From an uncultured virus (IMG/VR IMGVR_UViG_3300025871_000007) (Duplodnaviria > Heunggongvirae > Uroviricota > Caudoviricetes), in IMG/VR virus record IMGVR_UViG_3300025871_000007: 64,000 nt of DNA, one strand, 5' to 3'. Below the pieces are notes generated by a model. That model had not been told where the DNA came from. It did not search any database and saw only the letters and a list, made by a program, of their open reading frames with translations. Shown in pieces: positions 30,479 to 41,100 of the stretch. A program made the translations under genes and the position numbers. How positions within the stretch are numbered: position 1 is the stretch's first letter; each line of letters opens with the position of its first letter.

Positions 30479-30491
30479 CAGGAGAATTACG

Positions 30492-31034
30492 ATGGGAATT
30501 GAACAAGAATATTACGTACCTCTTTACAGGATAGCTATATCAAATATACCTGAAGAATACCGTCTTGAAAAAATGACAGAATGGTTAGCTAAAAACGCTC
30601 TAAAAGTTTCTAATCAAATGGTTAGAAGAACGCTTAAAAAAGCAGGAAGAGAAGATCTTGCAGATTATTTTATACAACAAGAAGACATCGGCATTGGTGA
30701 TAGTGTTAAATCAAGAATGACAGGAAGATTTGGTACTGTAGTAAAAGAACATTGGGATGGAGAAACTGTTTGTGTGCAATGGGAAACAGGTGGAATGCAA
30801 CCTATTTCTAAGGGTGCATTATTTAAAATGCATACAAAGAAAAGAGATGATTATGAGAAAAAAGATTTTGCTATAGCTAAATCAGAAATGGATGAATATG
30901 AATCCATGACAGATAAAAAGAAGGTTATTCAAGAACCTAAAGAAACAGAAGAACCTTTAAAAGAAGGAAAAAAAGCTTCTACTGAAGAATATGAATCTTG
31001 GATAAAAGAAAAATTAGCTAAAACACAAGAATAA
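30492..31034 (+). CDS. Hypothetical protein with SH3/KOW-like beta-barrel segment
   Basis: IGIGDSVKSRMTGRFGTVV...VCVQWETG; AGGAG RBS. Confidence 0.5.
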   Translation: MGIEQEYYVPLYRIAISNIPEEYRLEKMTEWLAKNALKVSNQMVRRTLKKAGREDLADYFIQQEDIGIGDSVKSRMTGRFGTVVKEHWDGETVCVQWETGGMQPISKGALFKMHTKKRDDYEKKDFAIAKSEMDEYESMTDKKKVIQEPKETEEPLKEGKKASTEEYESWIKEKLAKTQE

Positions 31035-31049
31035 AATATTTAGAATTTC

Positions 31050-32012
31050 GTGAAAAAATATAGTTCTATATTAGATTATCAAAAATCTATTCTTTCGCCA
31101 GAAATTTGGAATTCTGATTTTTCTTTGAAAGAAGAAGTTAAAGAATTTCTTGGTGCATGTTTAAAAAATTTTTTTGATTATCTTAATATTAAAGGTTCAA
31201 ATAAGTGGATATTGGAAGCTATGATTGCTTCTTCTCTTGCCACCTATTTTTACACTGATTATTCTGATTTAGATGTTAAGCTTTTTATTGATATAGATTT
31301 ATTTTTAGAATATAACCCAGATTTTTCTACTTTAAGTGACGAACAACTTCTTAAATGGTTAAAAGAAAAAGGAAGAGAATCTTACTGGTTAACCCAAAAA
31401 GTACCAAATACTGATCATAGAATAGATATTTATTTTTTGTCTGGCAAGCATTTAGAAAGATTAAATACTATTAAATACGATTCTATTTATTTTCTTTCTA
31501 CAGACGATTGGTTGAAATTACCTGAAAAGCCGGATTATTCTAATCCAAGTTTTATTTTAGAAATAGCGAAAAGAAAAGCACAACCATATTTAGATATAAT
31601 AATAGATGATATAGAACAAACAAAACAAGATTGTATAGATTTTTTAGTTCTACAAGACTTTCTAAAATCTTTAGAAGCAGACGATTTATATAATCTTCAA
31701 CAAGAATTTCTAACTCAACTAGACTATGTTCATAGAGATTTAGAACAATTAATTATAGATAAAAATGCTATTAAACAATTAAGGGAAATAGCTTTTGATA
31801 AAAATTATCTAGATACAGAATTAGAAAAGTTAATGGGTTCTTTAAATTATTCAGATGGTAATCTTATTTTTAAGCTTTTACAAAGATACGGATACTTAAG
31901 TATACTTGTAGAAGTTAGTAAATACTTCAAAGAAAAAGATACAGTTCCAAACGAAGTAGAAAAACTATTGATGCTACTTAATCAAGTAAATGAAACAGAA
32001 ATACAGTTATAG
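31050..32012 (+). CDS. Pol-beta-superfamily nucleotidyltransferase
   Basis: SSLATYFYTDYSDLDVKLFID (GS...DxD-like) plus a downstream acidic RIDIYF. Confidence 0.65.
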   Translation: MKKYSSILDYQKSILSPEIWNSDFSLKEEVKEFLGACLKNFFDYLNIKGSNKWILEAMIASSLATYFYTDYSDLDVKLFIDIDLFLEYNPDFSTLSDEQLLKWLKEKGRESYWLTQKVPNTDHRIDIYFLSGKHLERLNTIKYDSIYFLSTDDWLKLPEKPDYSNPSFILEIAKRKAQPYLDIIIDDIEQTKQDCIDFLVLQDFLKSLEADDLYNLQQEFLTQLDYVHRDLEQLIIDKNAIKQLREIAFDKNYLDTELEKLMGSLNYSDGNLIFKLLQRYGYLSILVEVSKYFKEKDTVPNEVEKLLMLLNQVNETEIQL

Positions 32013-32748
32013 TAAGATATCTACTTATTTAGAATGTCCTTTTAGATATAAAAAGCAATATATAGAAAAGATAAAAGAAAAACCTAAATGGCAGATATTC
32101 TTTGGTATAACAGCAGCAGATATTTTAGAGAAAGTATATAAAGAAGAAAGTTTTCATAATTCTCTTTTAGAAGATAGTAAATTAAAAGAACTAATAAATT
32201 ATTACTGGATACCTAATCAATACAAGAAAGAATATTCAGAAATAAATCAAGAAAGTTATTTATTTTTAAACTATAAATCAAAGAAAGAAGAAGAAACACA
32301 AAAAGAAAATCTTTTTAAATATCTAAAATTTTACTTTCAGAATAATAAAATAGAAAGAAAATTTGGTATTGAAGTTCCTTTTGAAGTAGAATTTGATGAT
32401 TTTTTATTGACAGGAAAAATAGATAAATTAGAACTTATTAATAATAAAATATATATTATTGATAACAAAGTAACAAGTAATTTTTTAAACGATCTTTTTG
32501 AAAGTATACAGTTAGGAATCTATATATTTGCAATAGAAAATTTAATCAAAAGATTTTCTGTAGAAAAAATAGGATATTATTATATCAAACAAAGTAAAGA
32601 ACAATTAATAGATAGAACAGATTTTAATGATTATAGTGTTCATCAAAAACTACGACAAGCTGTTAGTGGAATACGAGATAACATTTTTCCTGCTTGTTCT
32701 AATCAATTTTGTAATTGGTGTCAATTTAAGAAAGAGTGCGGGTTATGA
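31990..32748 (+). CDS. RecB/Cas4-like PD-(D/E)XK nuclease
   Basis: SYSKISTYLECP, TGKIDKL, IIDNK, QLGIY and C-terminal CNWCQFKKEC. Confidence 0.8.
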   Translation: MKQKYSYSKISTYLECPFRYKKQYIEKIKEKPKWQIFFGITAADILEKVYKEESFHNSLLEDSKLKELINYYWIPNQYKKEYSEINQESYLFLNYKSKKEEETQKENLFKYLKFYFQNNKIERKFGIEVPFEVEFDDFLLTGKIDKLELINNKIYIIDNKVTSNFLNDLFESIQLGIYIFAIENLIKRFSVEKIGYYYIKQSKEQLIDRTDFNDYSVHQKLRQAVSGIRDNIFPACSNQFCNWCQFKKECGL

Positions 32749-33797
32749 GAAGTAAAATATTACAAGATTTTTATACAGAACTAAAATTTTCAGATATTAT
32801 TTCCGATCTTCTTAAGAAGTATTCAAAATGGTTTACACAAGAAGAATTAACTCTTATTCAACAAGAAGTTCCAAGAAGTTATATTCCTTGGATATTTAAA
32901 CAATATGAGGCTATGATTAAGAGTATTGATAGAATAAAAAATACTAATCCAAATCTTGCAAGAAATTCATATATACAAGCTAAATTTACTTTTCTTGAGG
33001 ATATACCTAATTATCTTCAATATCTTAAAGAATTTGAAAATCATAAACAAGATTTAAGAACTAAAGGATATTCAGCCGATATTAATGATTATTCAATTGA
33101 AAGCTTGAAAAATTTAATTAATTCTGAATATCAATCTAACGTAAAATACACAAAATATGTAGATATAAATGAACTAAAACAAAATATACCAATAGCGTAT
33201 GAAGATGAAAATTGGATCATTTTTACCCCACAAACAGAAGAACAAGCTTGTGAAGTAGGTAAGGGTACAGATTGGTGTACTACTAGAGATAGTTTTAATA
33301 CATATTTTTCTAATGGTCCTATTTACAATCTTATTAATAAGAATGATAATAGAAGATGGCAATACGATAAATTTTCTGGTATGTTTTTTACAGAAGATGA
33401 TAATGATATAGATATTGAGAACTTTTTAATTAAATATGAGAATCAGCTTACGCAAGACTTATTCTTGTTTTTAACACAAACGTCTGGAAATTTATCTTTT
33501 CTATATTCAGATACAGATTCCCCAGAATTTATAGCATCTCAAGATTTTGATCCTGATGCAAATCATCCGAGTGAATTACCTTATTATCTTTATAATAGTT
33601 ATCCGCTTTTTCAAGAGAAAGGAGATACAGCTTATAAGAACTTTGTACTTACTGCATTATCTGTTGCAGATCTTTCTGTAGAGACAATTCAAGAATATTA
33701 TTTACTTTTAAAAAATACACCAGAACAAGAAAGAAAAAAATATCAAACACTAGAACCTCTAGAATTTATTTTATCTTTACTAGACGCATTACCATAA
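32745..33797 (+). CDS. Hypothetical phage protein
   Basis: Contains EQACEVGKGTDWCTT, a motif style seen in large-phage proteins; ATGA overlap start chosen. Confidence 0.5.
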   Translation: MRSKILQDFYTELKFSDIISDLLKKYSKWFTQEELTLIQQEVPRSYIPWIFKQYEAMIKSIDRIKNTNPNLARNSYIQAKFTFLEDIPNYLQYLKEFENHKQDLRTKGYSADINDYSIESLKNLINSEYQSNVKYTKYVDINELKQNIPIAYEDENWIIFTPQTEEQACEVGKGTDWCTTRDSFNTYFSNGPIYNLINKNDNRRWQYDKFSGMFFTEDDNDIDIENFLIKYENQLTQDLFLFLTQTSGNLSFLYSDTDSPEFIASQDFDPDANHPSELPYYLYNSYPLFQEKGDTAYKNFVLTALSVADLSVETIQEYYLLLKNTPEQERKKYQTLEPLEFILSLLDALP

Positions 33798-33814
33798 CTT
33801 AACTAGAAATAGAT

Positions 33815-34852
33815 ATGAATAATTTATCTCTAAAAAAGAAAACAGCTATTCTTCCAGAGATTCTTGAAAACATAAATGAAAATATGTTTGAATCTCAAGA
33901 TCCTGAAGAAAAAAAAGAAATATCTGCACCTGCAGAAGAATCTAAACTTCTTCCAATAGATCAACCCTATCATAAACCAGAAGAAACAGGTTTACCACCT
34001 ATACCTACAGATATTCATCTCTGGACATTACCTATTCCAGATGATTACAATATGAAAAATGATCATTCTTATAATGTCTTTAAATATCTCGATTCATTAG
34101 GATACAGAGATGTTATTTGGCATCTAGCTGAATCCCATCCGAAAGTAGATGTTTGCGATGAATTAGAAGGTTTATCTTTTACTACTGATTGGTTACTATT
34201 TGCTTCTCAGCATAATCCTCCTTCACCTATTTTTAGTAGAAGTCACCCAGATTGTAGATGCTATGTAGAATGTCATCCTCCTTTTACTTATCAAGAAATA
34301 CCAGATAATGCTCCTGGTTTACCTATCTATGCAAATCAAGATACTCTAGATGAATATAAACGACAAATATTTTCTAATTTGTTTGTTATTTATGTAGATT
34401 CTCAAACTCTTGCTCCACCGCAGGATACCCTACAGTTACCTATTTACAGTTATTTATATTCTAATAGAACAAAATTTGCTAAAGAATCCAGAAAATGGGT
34501 AGAAGATATTAAACCTATTAAAACACTAAAAACATTTAGATTATTACAACCTTTAGGTATTTATAGACCTATGATAGATAGTTATGAAGGAATACAGATA
34601 AGTATTTCTGATAACATAAGTCAAATATTCTTTCCTTTATTAAACAGAACAGCACAAGTTCCTACTGAGCTAGTAGAAGAACTTTCTTTAAAGCAATCTA
34701 CTGAAGAACCCAAAGTAGATCAATATGTGTATGTAGATGAAGAGAAAACTATAGGTGTTATAACAAGAATATTAAATGATAAGATTTATTGCTACATTCC
34801 AGAATTTGATGATACTTTTGAAGTATCTTCTGTCACTCCTTTAAGTTTTTAA
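33815..34852 (+). CDS. MuF/SPP1-gp7-like minor head protein domain protein
   Basis: VCDELEG...SHPDCRCY matches the HPxCRC motif of MuF domains. Confidence 0.55.
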   Translation: MNNLSLKKKTAILPEILENINENMFESQDPEEKKEISAPAEESKLLPIDQPYHKPEETGLPPIPTDIHLWTLPIPDDYNMKNDHSYNVFKYLDSLGYRDVIWHLAESHPKVDVCDELEGLSFTTDWLLFASQHNPPSPIFSRSHPDCRCYVECHPPFTYQEIPDNAPGLPIYANQDTLDEYKRQIFSNLFVIYVDSQTLAPPQDTLQLPIYSYLYSNRTKFAKESRKWVEDIKPIKTLKTFRLLQPLGIYRPMIDSYEGIQISISDNISQIFFPLLNRTAQVPTELVEELSLKQSTEEPKVDQYVYVDEEKTIGVITRILNDKIYCYIPEFDDTFEVSSVTPLSF

Positions 34853-34860
34853 AAAAATTT

Positions 34861-34888
34861 AAGAATCTTTTTATTAGTTTATATTATA
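34861..34888 (+). promoter_or_regulatory. Putative early/middle promoter AAGAAT-N15-TATTATA
   Basis: Shares spacing and downstream box with sites at 43062 and 52880. Confidence 0.4.
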
Positions 34889-34909
34889 AGAACTAATAGA
34901 GGTATAATC

Positions 34910-35464
34910 ATGCCTAGAATTCCTATTAGTCAAGAAAAAGATCCTTTCTCTAGTTTTATAGAAGAATTTAAGCAACCAGAAGATGGGCTGGATTATGAAG
35001 ATCTGCAATCCTATGCAGTTAGCTTTGATTCAAAAGATATTCAATTAATAGATCCACATAATCTAGAACAGATTATACTCGAATTAAATAACATACCTAG
35101 AACTTTATTTAGATACAAAATGATTGCTGATACACAAACAAAACTTGTACAGCAATTAGAAGACGAATATAACAAGTGGTATGCAGAAAAATGGATAGAA
35201 ATAGATAATGAAAAAGAACCTAAATATGATAGATCCGGTAATCAAGTAGGAGAGACAAAAGTAGTAAGAACAGAAGGTGCAAAAGAAAAGATTATTATTA
35301 CTACATATAGCGAAGAATATTCTCTTTTTCAGCATAGATTAAGAGAAGAAAAATATAGATTAGCAATTATACGATCAGCAGCTGCATCCATAGATAACTA
35401 TTCTTATAAGCTGCATGCAATACTTGGATACCAAGAAATGCTCATACAGAGAAAGGTGCAATAA
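34910..35464 (+). CDS. UvsY-like recombination mediator (tentative)
   Basis: Helical 184 aa protein with UvsY-like size and pattern, in operon with SSB-like and RuvC genes. Confidence 0.4.
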   Translation: MPRIPISQEKDPFSSFIEEFKQPEDGLDYEDLQSYAVSFDSKDIQLIDPHNLEQIILELNNIPRTLFRYKMIADTQTKLVQQLEDEYNKWYAEKWIEIDNEKEPKYDRSGNQVGETKVVRTEGAKEKIIITTYSEEYSLFQHRLREEKYRLAIIRSAAASIDNYSYKLHAILGYQEMLIQRKVQ

Positions 35465-35465
35465 C

Positions 35466-36281
35466 ATGAATGGAAAAAATCTAAGAGAAAAATTTACAGA
35501 AAATAGCTTAGCAAGTAAAGTTTTAAGAGAAGTAGATCCATCTGGAAGTATATATTTCGAAAAAGATAAGAATATACCTTCAATCAAAGCAATTCAACTA
35601 GAAGATAAAGTAATTAAAATTTGTGTAGAGGATAAAGAAAAAACTGTTTCATTTTTGGAAGATATTATTTTAAGTACTTCGGGAACAACTGAAGAGGAAG
35701 CTTTAAAAAAAGTAATTGCACAAGAAGATAGAATATTCAAACACATGCTGCTAAAAGCAAGTGAACAAAATAATGAAGTTATTTCTGATGATTTTACATA
35801 TAAAGGAATTACCAAATCTAATTTAGAAACTGTGCAATACGAAGTAGAAAGACATCGACTTGTTGTAGATAAATTTTTAATGAGCACTTTGGCTAGTAAT
35901 GACATACTAGAAAATAAAGAAAACTTTCCAGCACAGGATTTTGATAAAATAACAGAACAGATATTACTAGATTATTCGTTGATAGGAAGTATTTGGGGTG
36001 TTAATATATTTGATATGGGTTTTGATCTTTTACCTTTAAGAGCTATATTCGCAGTGACAGACGGTAGATATTTAGGTGGTAAAAGAATTAATTCTATTAC
36101 ATCTACTACGTTAGATAATTCTAATGTTAAGGTAACTGTAAACGAAAGTTTATCCATAATTAACCCCAGAGCTGTAGCATGTTTGTTAGATGATTCCTAT
36201 ACAAGTAATCGCTTGCATTTAAAAAAGATTAAAGAAATAGATAAGAAATATAAAGAATTATATCTTAATAAGAAAGCATAA
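35466..36281 (+). CDS. Truncated paralog of the major capsid protein
   Basis: Shares LETxQYEVERxRLxVDKFLM, GSIWGVN, IFAVTxGRYLG and NPRAVA with the ORF at 2971..4161; ATG at 35466 chosen. Confidence 0.85.
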   Translation: MNGKNLREKFTENSLASKVLREVDPSGSIYFEKDKNIPSIKAIQLEDKVIKICVEDKEKTVSFLEDIILSTSGTTEEEALKKVIAQEDRIFKHMLLKASEQNNEVISDDFTYKGITKSNLETVQYEVERHRLVVDKFLMSTLASNDILENKENFPAQDFDKITEQILLDYSLIGSIWGVNIFDMGFDLLPLRAIFAVTDGRYLGGKRINSITSTTLDNSNVKVTVNESLSIINPRAVACLLDDSYTSNRLHLKKIKEIDKKYKELYLNKKA

Positions 36282-36331
36282 CTAGCCATATAATAAGGCC
36301 AGATAGCTAATATAAATTAAGGAGTTTTAAA

Positions 36332-37435
36332 ATGACAGATGTAAATGATAAAATGAGTCGGTATGCCTCACAAATTGATGAATTTGATGGATCTAAAAAA
36401 ACTGATTATAACATCAGGGAAATTAAAATTCAAAAAGAAGTACCTAATCCTATCAGATTAGTAGATACACCTAATGGTGTTGAACGTTATTATGTATCTT
36501 GGATTATCTGCGATGATGATAAGAAAAGACCTTTTATTCTTGAAAACGATTTTGAAGGTAAAAGTATTCTTCTTAAACTTTTAGGTGATAAAGAGAATTT
36601 TTATAAAGGCGGTATTCTAGAATCAGTAAAAGATCCTGTTACTAACAAAGGAAAATATGTATGGGAGGATAAAGATCCAGAGCTTCTACTCAGAGTTGCT
36701 TACAATAATGATCCTACCGGTGATGCAGGATCTTGGAAGCCCAGAGAAGAATATATTTTTAATGCTATTCAAAGAAATCCCGATAAAGATGAGAGTGGTA
36801 CTCTTTATTTTTGGTGTAAAGAAAATAAGCAAACTAAGCTTCTAAAAATGGGAGTTATGGCATATAAAAATCTACAAGATGTTCGTCTTAATGATGGTGA
36901 ATTATCAGAATATGATATCAACTATCTTAAGAAAGGAACAGGTTATGGAACAAAACATAATATTCTAAAAGCCGGTGCAAATGTTCCTAATGTAGTTATC
37001 GGCCCATTAACAGAAGATGAAAAATCTTATACAAGAAATGATCTACAGAAAGAAGCAAAACTAACATCATCTTCTGATATCTTGAAGTATCTAAGAAATA
37101 CAATATCCAGAATAGATACAATCAAAGGTACCAACTGGATTATGCAACTAGAATCTCTAGCAAGACAACAAGAAGGACAAGTTGAAGTGCAACAACCTGC
37201 ACCTCAAGTAGCAGTTCCACCTCAAGCAGCCACACCTTCTAGAGTAGCTTCTAGAGTAGCAGCCCCAGTAGCTAAGGAGATTTGTGGTTATTGTAAAAAA
37301 GAAATTCCAATGAATTCTGTAACTTGCCCTGCTTGTAATAATGTTCTTCAAGAACCTTGTGCTAAATGCGGCACACTGTTTTCAGTTTTTGAAACAATAT
37401 GTCCGAGCTGTAAAACAGAGTATAAAGTAGGTTAA
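36332..37435 (+). CDS. Putative ssDNA-binding protein with C-terminal double Zn ribbon
   Basis: AAGGAG RBS, replication operon context, Pro/Ala linker, four CxxC pairs. Confidence 0.45.
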   Translation: MTDVNDKMSRYASQIDEFDGSKKTDYNIREIKIQKEVPNPIRLVDTPNGVERYYVSWIICDDDKKRPFILENDFEGKSILLKLLGDKENFYKGGILESVKDPVTNKGKYVWEDKDPELLLRVAYNNDPTGDAGSWKPREEYIFNAIQRNPDKDESGTLYFWCKENKQTKLLKMGVMAYKNLQDVRLNDGELSEYDINYLKKGTGYGTKHNILKAGANVPNVVIGPLTEDEKSYTRNDLQKEAKLTSSSDILKYLRNTISRIDTIKGTNWIMQLESLARQQEGQVEVQQPAPQVAVPPQAATPSRVASRVAAPVAKEICGYCKKEIPMNSVTCPACNNVLQEPCAKCGTLFSVFETICPSCKTEYKVG

Positions 37436-37439
37436 ATAC

Positions 37440-37994
37440 ATGTGCTATTATCTGGGGGCGGATCTTTCTTTGAATTCCAGTGGTCTAGTAATTCTAGATA
37501 AATCTGCAAACATAGTAAAACAATATCTTTTGACGCCTCCTGATGGTTCTAGAGGCGTTGAAAGATTATTTTTTTTAGAACAATCTTTAATAGAATTTTT
37601 AGATCAGAATCATATATTATATTGTTGTATTGAGAGTCCCGCATTAGGCACAGAACAAGGTAGATTATTTGATTTAGGTGAATGGGCTGGAATTTTTAAA
37701 TTACATCTCTTTAAAAGAAACATAGAATATCTTTTAATAGCACCTAATCAGTTAAAAAAATATGCTTCTGGTCAAGGACAAAGTAGAAAAGATACAATAA
37801 TGTTAGATATCTATAAAAATTACAATATAGAAATTAGACAGAACGATTTAGCAGACGCATATATTCTTGCAAGAATTTGCAGAGATTATCAGATATATAA
37901 CACACCCAATTCGTCTTTAGAGCTTAAGAAATATCAAGAAGAAGTTTTATTATCTATAAGAAAAAAATATCAAGATATAAATCTTTTAATATGA
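37440..37994 (+). CDS. ruvC: RuvC-like Holliday junction resolvase
   Basis: LGADLSLNSSG, CCIESP, APNQLKKYASGQG..K, NDLADA. Confidence 0.8.
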   Translation: MCYYLGADLSLNSSGLVILDKSANIVKQYLLTPPDGSRGVERLFFLEQSLIEFLDQNHILYCCIESPALGTEQGRLFDLGEWAGIFKLHLFKRNIEYLLIAPNQLKKYASGQGQSRKDTIMLDIYKNYNIEIRQNDLADAYILARICRDYQIYNTPNSSLELKKYQEEVLLSIRKKYQDINLLI

Positions 37995-38158
37995 AAAGAT
38001 TCGATTTAACCTTAATTGTGGAAGGAGTAATTATAAGTTACTCCTTTTTTGATAGGGATAAGATGCTTTCTTATCTACAAACTGCCTTGGATACTGGAAA
38101 AGTAGAGACCCATTATATTTCTGAAGCAGAAGTTAGCCCAATAGGACCTAAGAGATAA
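37991..38158 (+). CDS. Small 55-aa hypothetical protein (below track cut-off)
   Basis: ATGA overlap with the ruvC stop; its TAA abuts the polymerase ATG. Starts MKRFDLTLIVEGV. Confidence 0.55.
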   Translation: MKRFDLTLIVEGVIISYSFFDRDKMLSYLQTALDTGKVETHYISEAEVSPIGPKR

Positions 38159-41100
38159 ATGTATCATAATAGTTTATGTGAAAAATGTGGATTATGGAAG
38201 GATGCTAAGCATCCTTGTGTTACAGGAAGAGGCGATCCATCAGCAAAATTACTTATTTTAGGAGAAGCCTTAGGAGAACAAGAGGACTTACAAGGATTAC
38301 CTTTTGTAGGTTCTTCTGGACAAAGACTACAAGCATATCTCGATAGATTAAATATCAAATATTATATAAGTAATGCTGTAAAATGTAGACCTACTTCTAA
38401 AAGTTTAAATAGAAAAGGTGAAACTATTCTTCATAATAGAACACCTACTGCTAAAGAAATAAAATTATGTTCAGCAAAAACATATCAGTTAATAGATAAA
38501 ATAAAACCTACTGTAATATTAACTCTAGGATCTATACCTGTAACTCAATTATTACATTTGGGTCTAAGTATGACATCTGTTCGTGGAAGAACGTATTATC
38601 ATCCACAATTAGAATGTCATATTGTACCTACTTGGCATCCTGCTTATTTAGGATACAGTGGAGATAAACTTGTAGAAAAGCAATTTATGCAAGATCTTCA
38701 TCAGGCTATAGAATTATTAAAAGCACCCAGAGTAAGACAAATTAACTCTAATCCGAGATCACTTCAGGATCCTGTAGAAATTAAGGAATATCTGGAGTAT
38801 TTAAATACTATTGAAGAATGTGCCATTGACTTAGAAACAACAGGGTTAAATCCTAGAAAAGATAGGATAACAGATATCTCTTTATGTGCAAAATGCGGTG
38901 AAGGTGTACATATAAGATGGATAGATATACTTCCATATTTTGAGTGCTTAAAAAAACTTCTAGAAAAACCAGAATTAAAATGTGTATTTCAAAACGGCAA
39001 GTTTGATACTGCTTTTCTAAAAGCTATTGGTATTAATGTAGCAAATTTTTATTTTGATACCCAATTGGCTTATCATACAACTACAATGACTTTTGAAGGT
39101 GAAGGAAAATCTCTTTATAGTTTGGAGGTTATGTCTTGGCTTTTAACAAGAGAAGGAAATTACAAAGCAATTCTAGAAGAATTTGGTGGAATAGCAGGTC
39201 ATCAAAATGGAATATTGCAGAAGAAAGCAGAGAAGAAAGAAAAGGAGATAAAGAAGGAACAAGAGAAGAAGGAAGAAAAGAAAAAAGAACAGAAGTCAGA
39301 GAAAACTAAACAAGTAATCAGAGTTCCAGTAGTAGAATGTAATTCTTTATTTGATGATATGGCAGAACCAGTAGTTAAAACTAATATCGCAAATGAATAT
39401 TTTTCTCATTTATCTACTGAAGAAGATGGTAAATTTCTTGAAAAGTTTACACCAGCAAAGAAATTAAGAAGAACATTATTAGAAGAAGATCCAAATATTT
39501 TTATAATAAATGAAGAACAAGAAAAAGAATTACAGACTTATGTAACCTTTGTTTCAGACAAGCTTAAAAAGAAATTAGAATCTACAAAACTAACAGCTTT
39601 AGAGTATTATTCAGCAATGGATGCGGATGTTACCTTTCAAATTTATAAGAGATTGAAACCACAGATAGATTCAGAATTTAAAGAGGTATTTTATGATTTA
39701 ATTATGCCTCTTTCTTCTACACTACAACGATTAGAACAGAACGGTATTCTTCTAGATACTCCTTACATAGATATGCTTTTAGACGAGAATCGTGCTAGAA
39801 CAGCAGAAATAAAAAATTCTTTTTTTAAGAAAGTAAAGAAAGAATTTAATATGGATTCACCAAAAGAATTAAGAGAAGTTATTTATGATCATTTAAGAAT
39901 TCCAGTAGAAGAAGAATATATGACTAATGGTGGAAAAAGTGGAGTAAAAATGCCTTCCACCGATAAAAATGCTATAGAGTATTTAGCTAAAAAACATCCT
40001 ATTTTAAATGGAATTGTAGAATACAGAAAACTCGAGAAAGAAAATTCTACATACTTGGATGGATTTAAAAATCATGTAGATCCTGTTACTGGAAGAATTC
40101 ATACATCTTTTTTGCAGCATGCTACCGCAACTGGCAGATTATCTTGTATAGCTGAAGGTACCAAGATTGCTATAGTAGGAGAAGAAAAAAATATAGAAGA
40201 TGTCCAACCAGGAGATTTTGTTTATAATTATGATAATGATGGAAATTTAACTATTTCTAAAGTATTAAATAAATCATATAGCGGATACGGTGATTGTGTA
40301 AGAGTTAAATGGCAAAGTTCAGGAAATGGAAAAATAGGTGAATTAATTTGTACACCTGAACATAGAATACTACATAAGTATAATGGCTGGACAGAAGCTA
40401 AAGATTTAAAACATTATGATAAGGTATATCACCTAAGAAAAGGAAAAACTTACTCTTATGATCCTCGTCCACGACTATATGGTACAAATTCTTTTTGTGA
40501 AGACGAACAAAGATTTATAAAAAGAGTATATTTTAAGGCAGATCCTAAAAAGACACATATTCATCATATAGATCACAATCCTTCTAATAACAGAATTTCT
40601 AATTTGGAAATTTTAGATAGTGCTGAACATAATAGATATCATTCTAGATTGCTATACGAAAAAGGAATAGTTAGTGAAAGGCACATGCATACATCAGAAG
40701 CGCATGCAAAACGATTACAATCTTTAAAATATGGTAAAGATAATCCAACATATATTTATAAAACTAAAGAAGAACTTATTCAAATGTTAAAGGATGCCAA
40801 AGGTATAGTTACGCATATTCCAATGGATTTTTTAACATATAAACAAAAATGTGAAACAGAAGGTATCAATCTTAAAGAACTTTGTGACTGTTTCTCAAGA
40901 GGTAAGTTTTTTATTTCTCAAGAAGATGTTTTTAAAGTATGGGATAAATATAAAGATTATGAATATCCTATATATAGATGTGCAGGTGAATTGCATATAA
41001 GTCAAGATAAGTTTAAAAGATTATTAAAGTATTATGATATATCAACTAATCATGTAATTCTATCAGTTAAACCTGCAGGTAAATATCATGTTTGGGATTT

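Noticed and set aside
31990..32748. Cas4-like nuclease as evidence of a CRISPR-Cas system
   Set aside because: Stand-alone RecB/Cas4-like nucleases are common in phages; no cas1/cas2 or array is seen.
37238..37260. Tandem TCTAGAGTAGC repeat in the SSB-like gene
   Set aside because: It encodes SRVA twice in a low-complexity linker; a simple local duplication.
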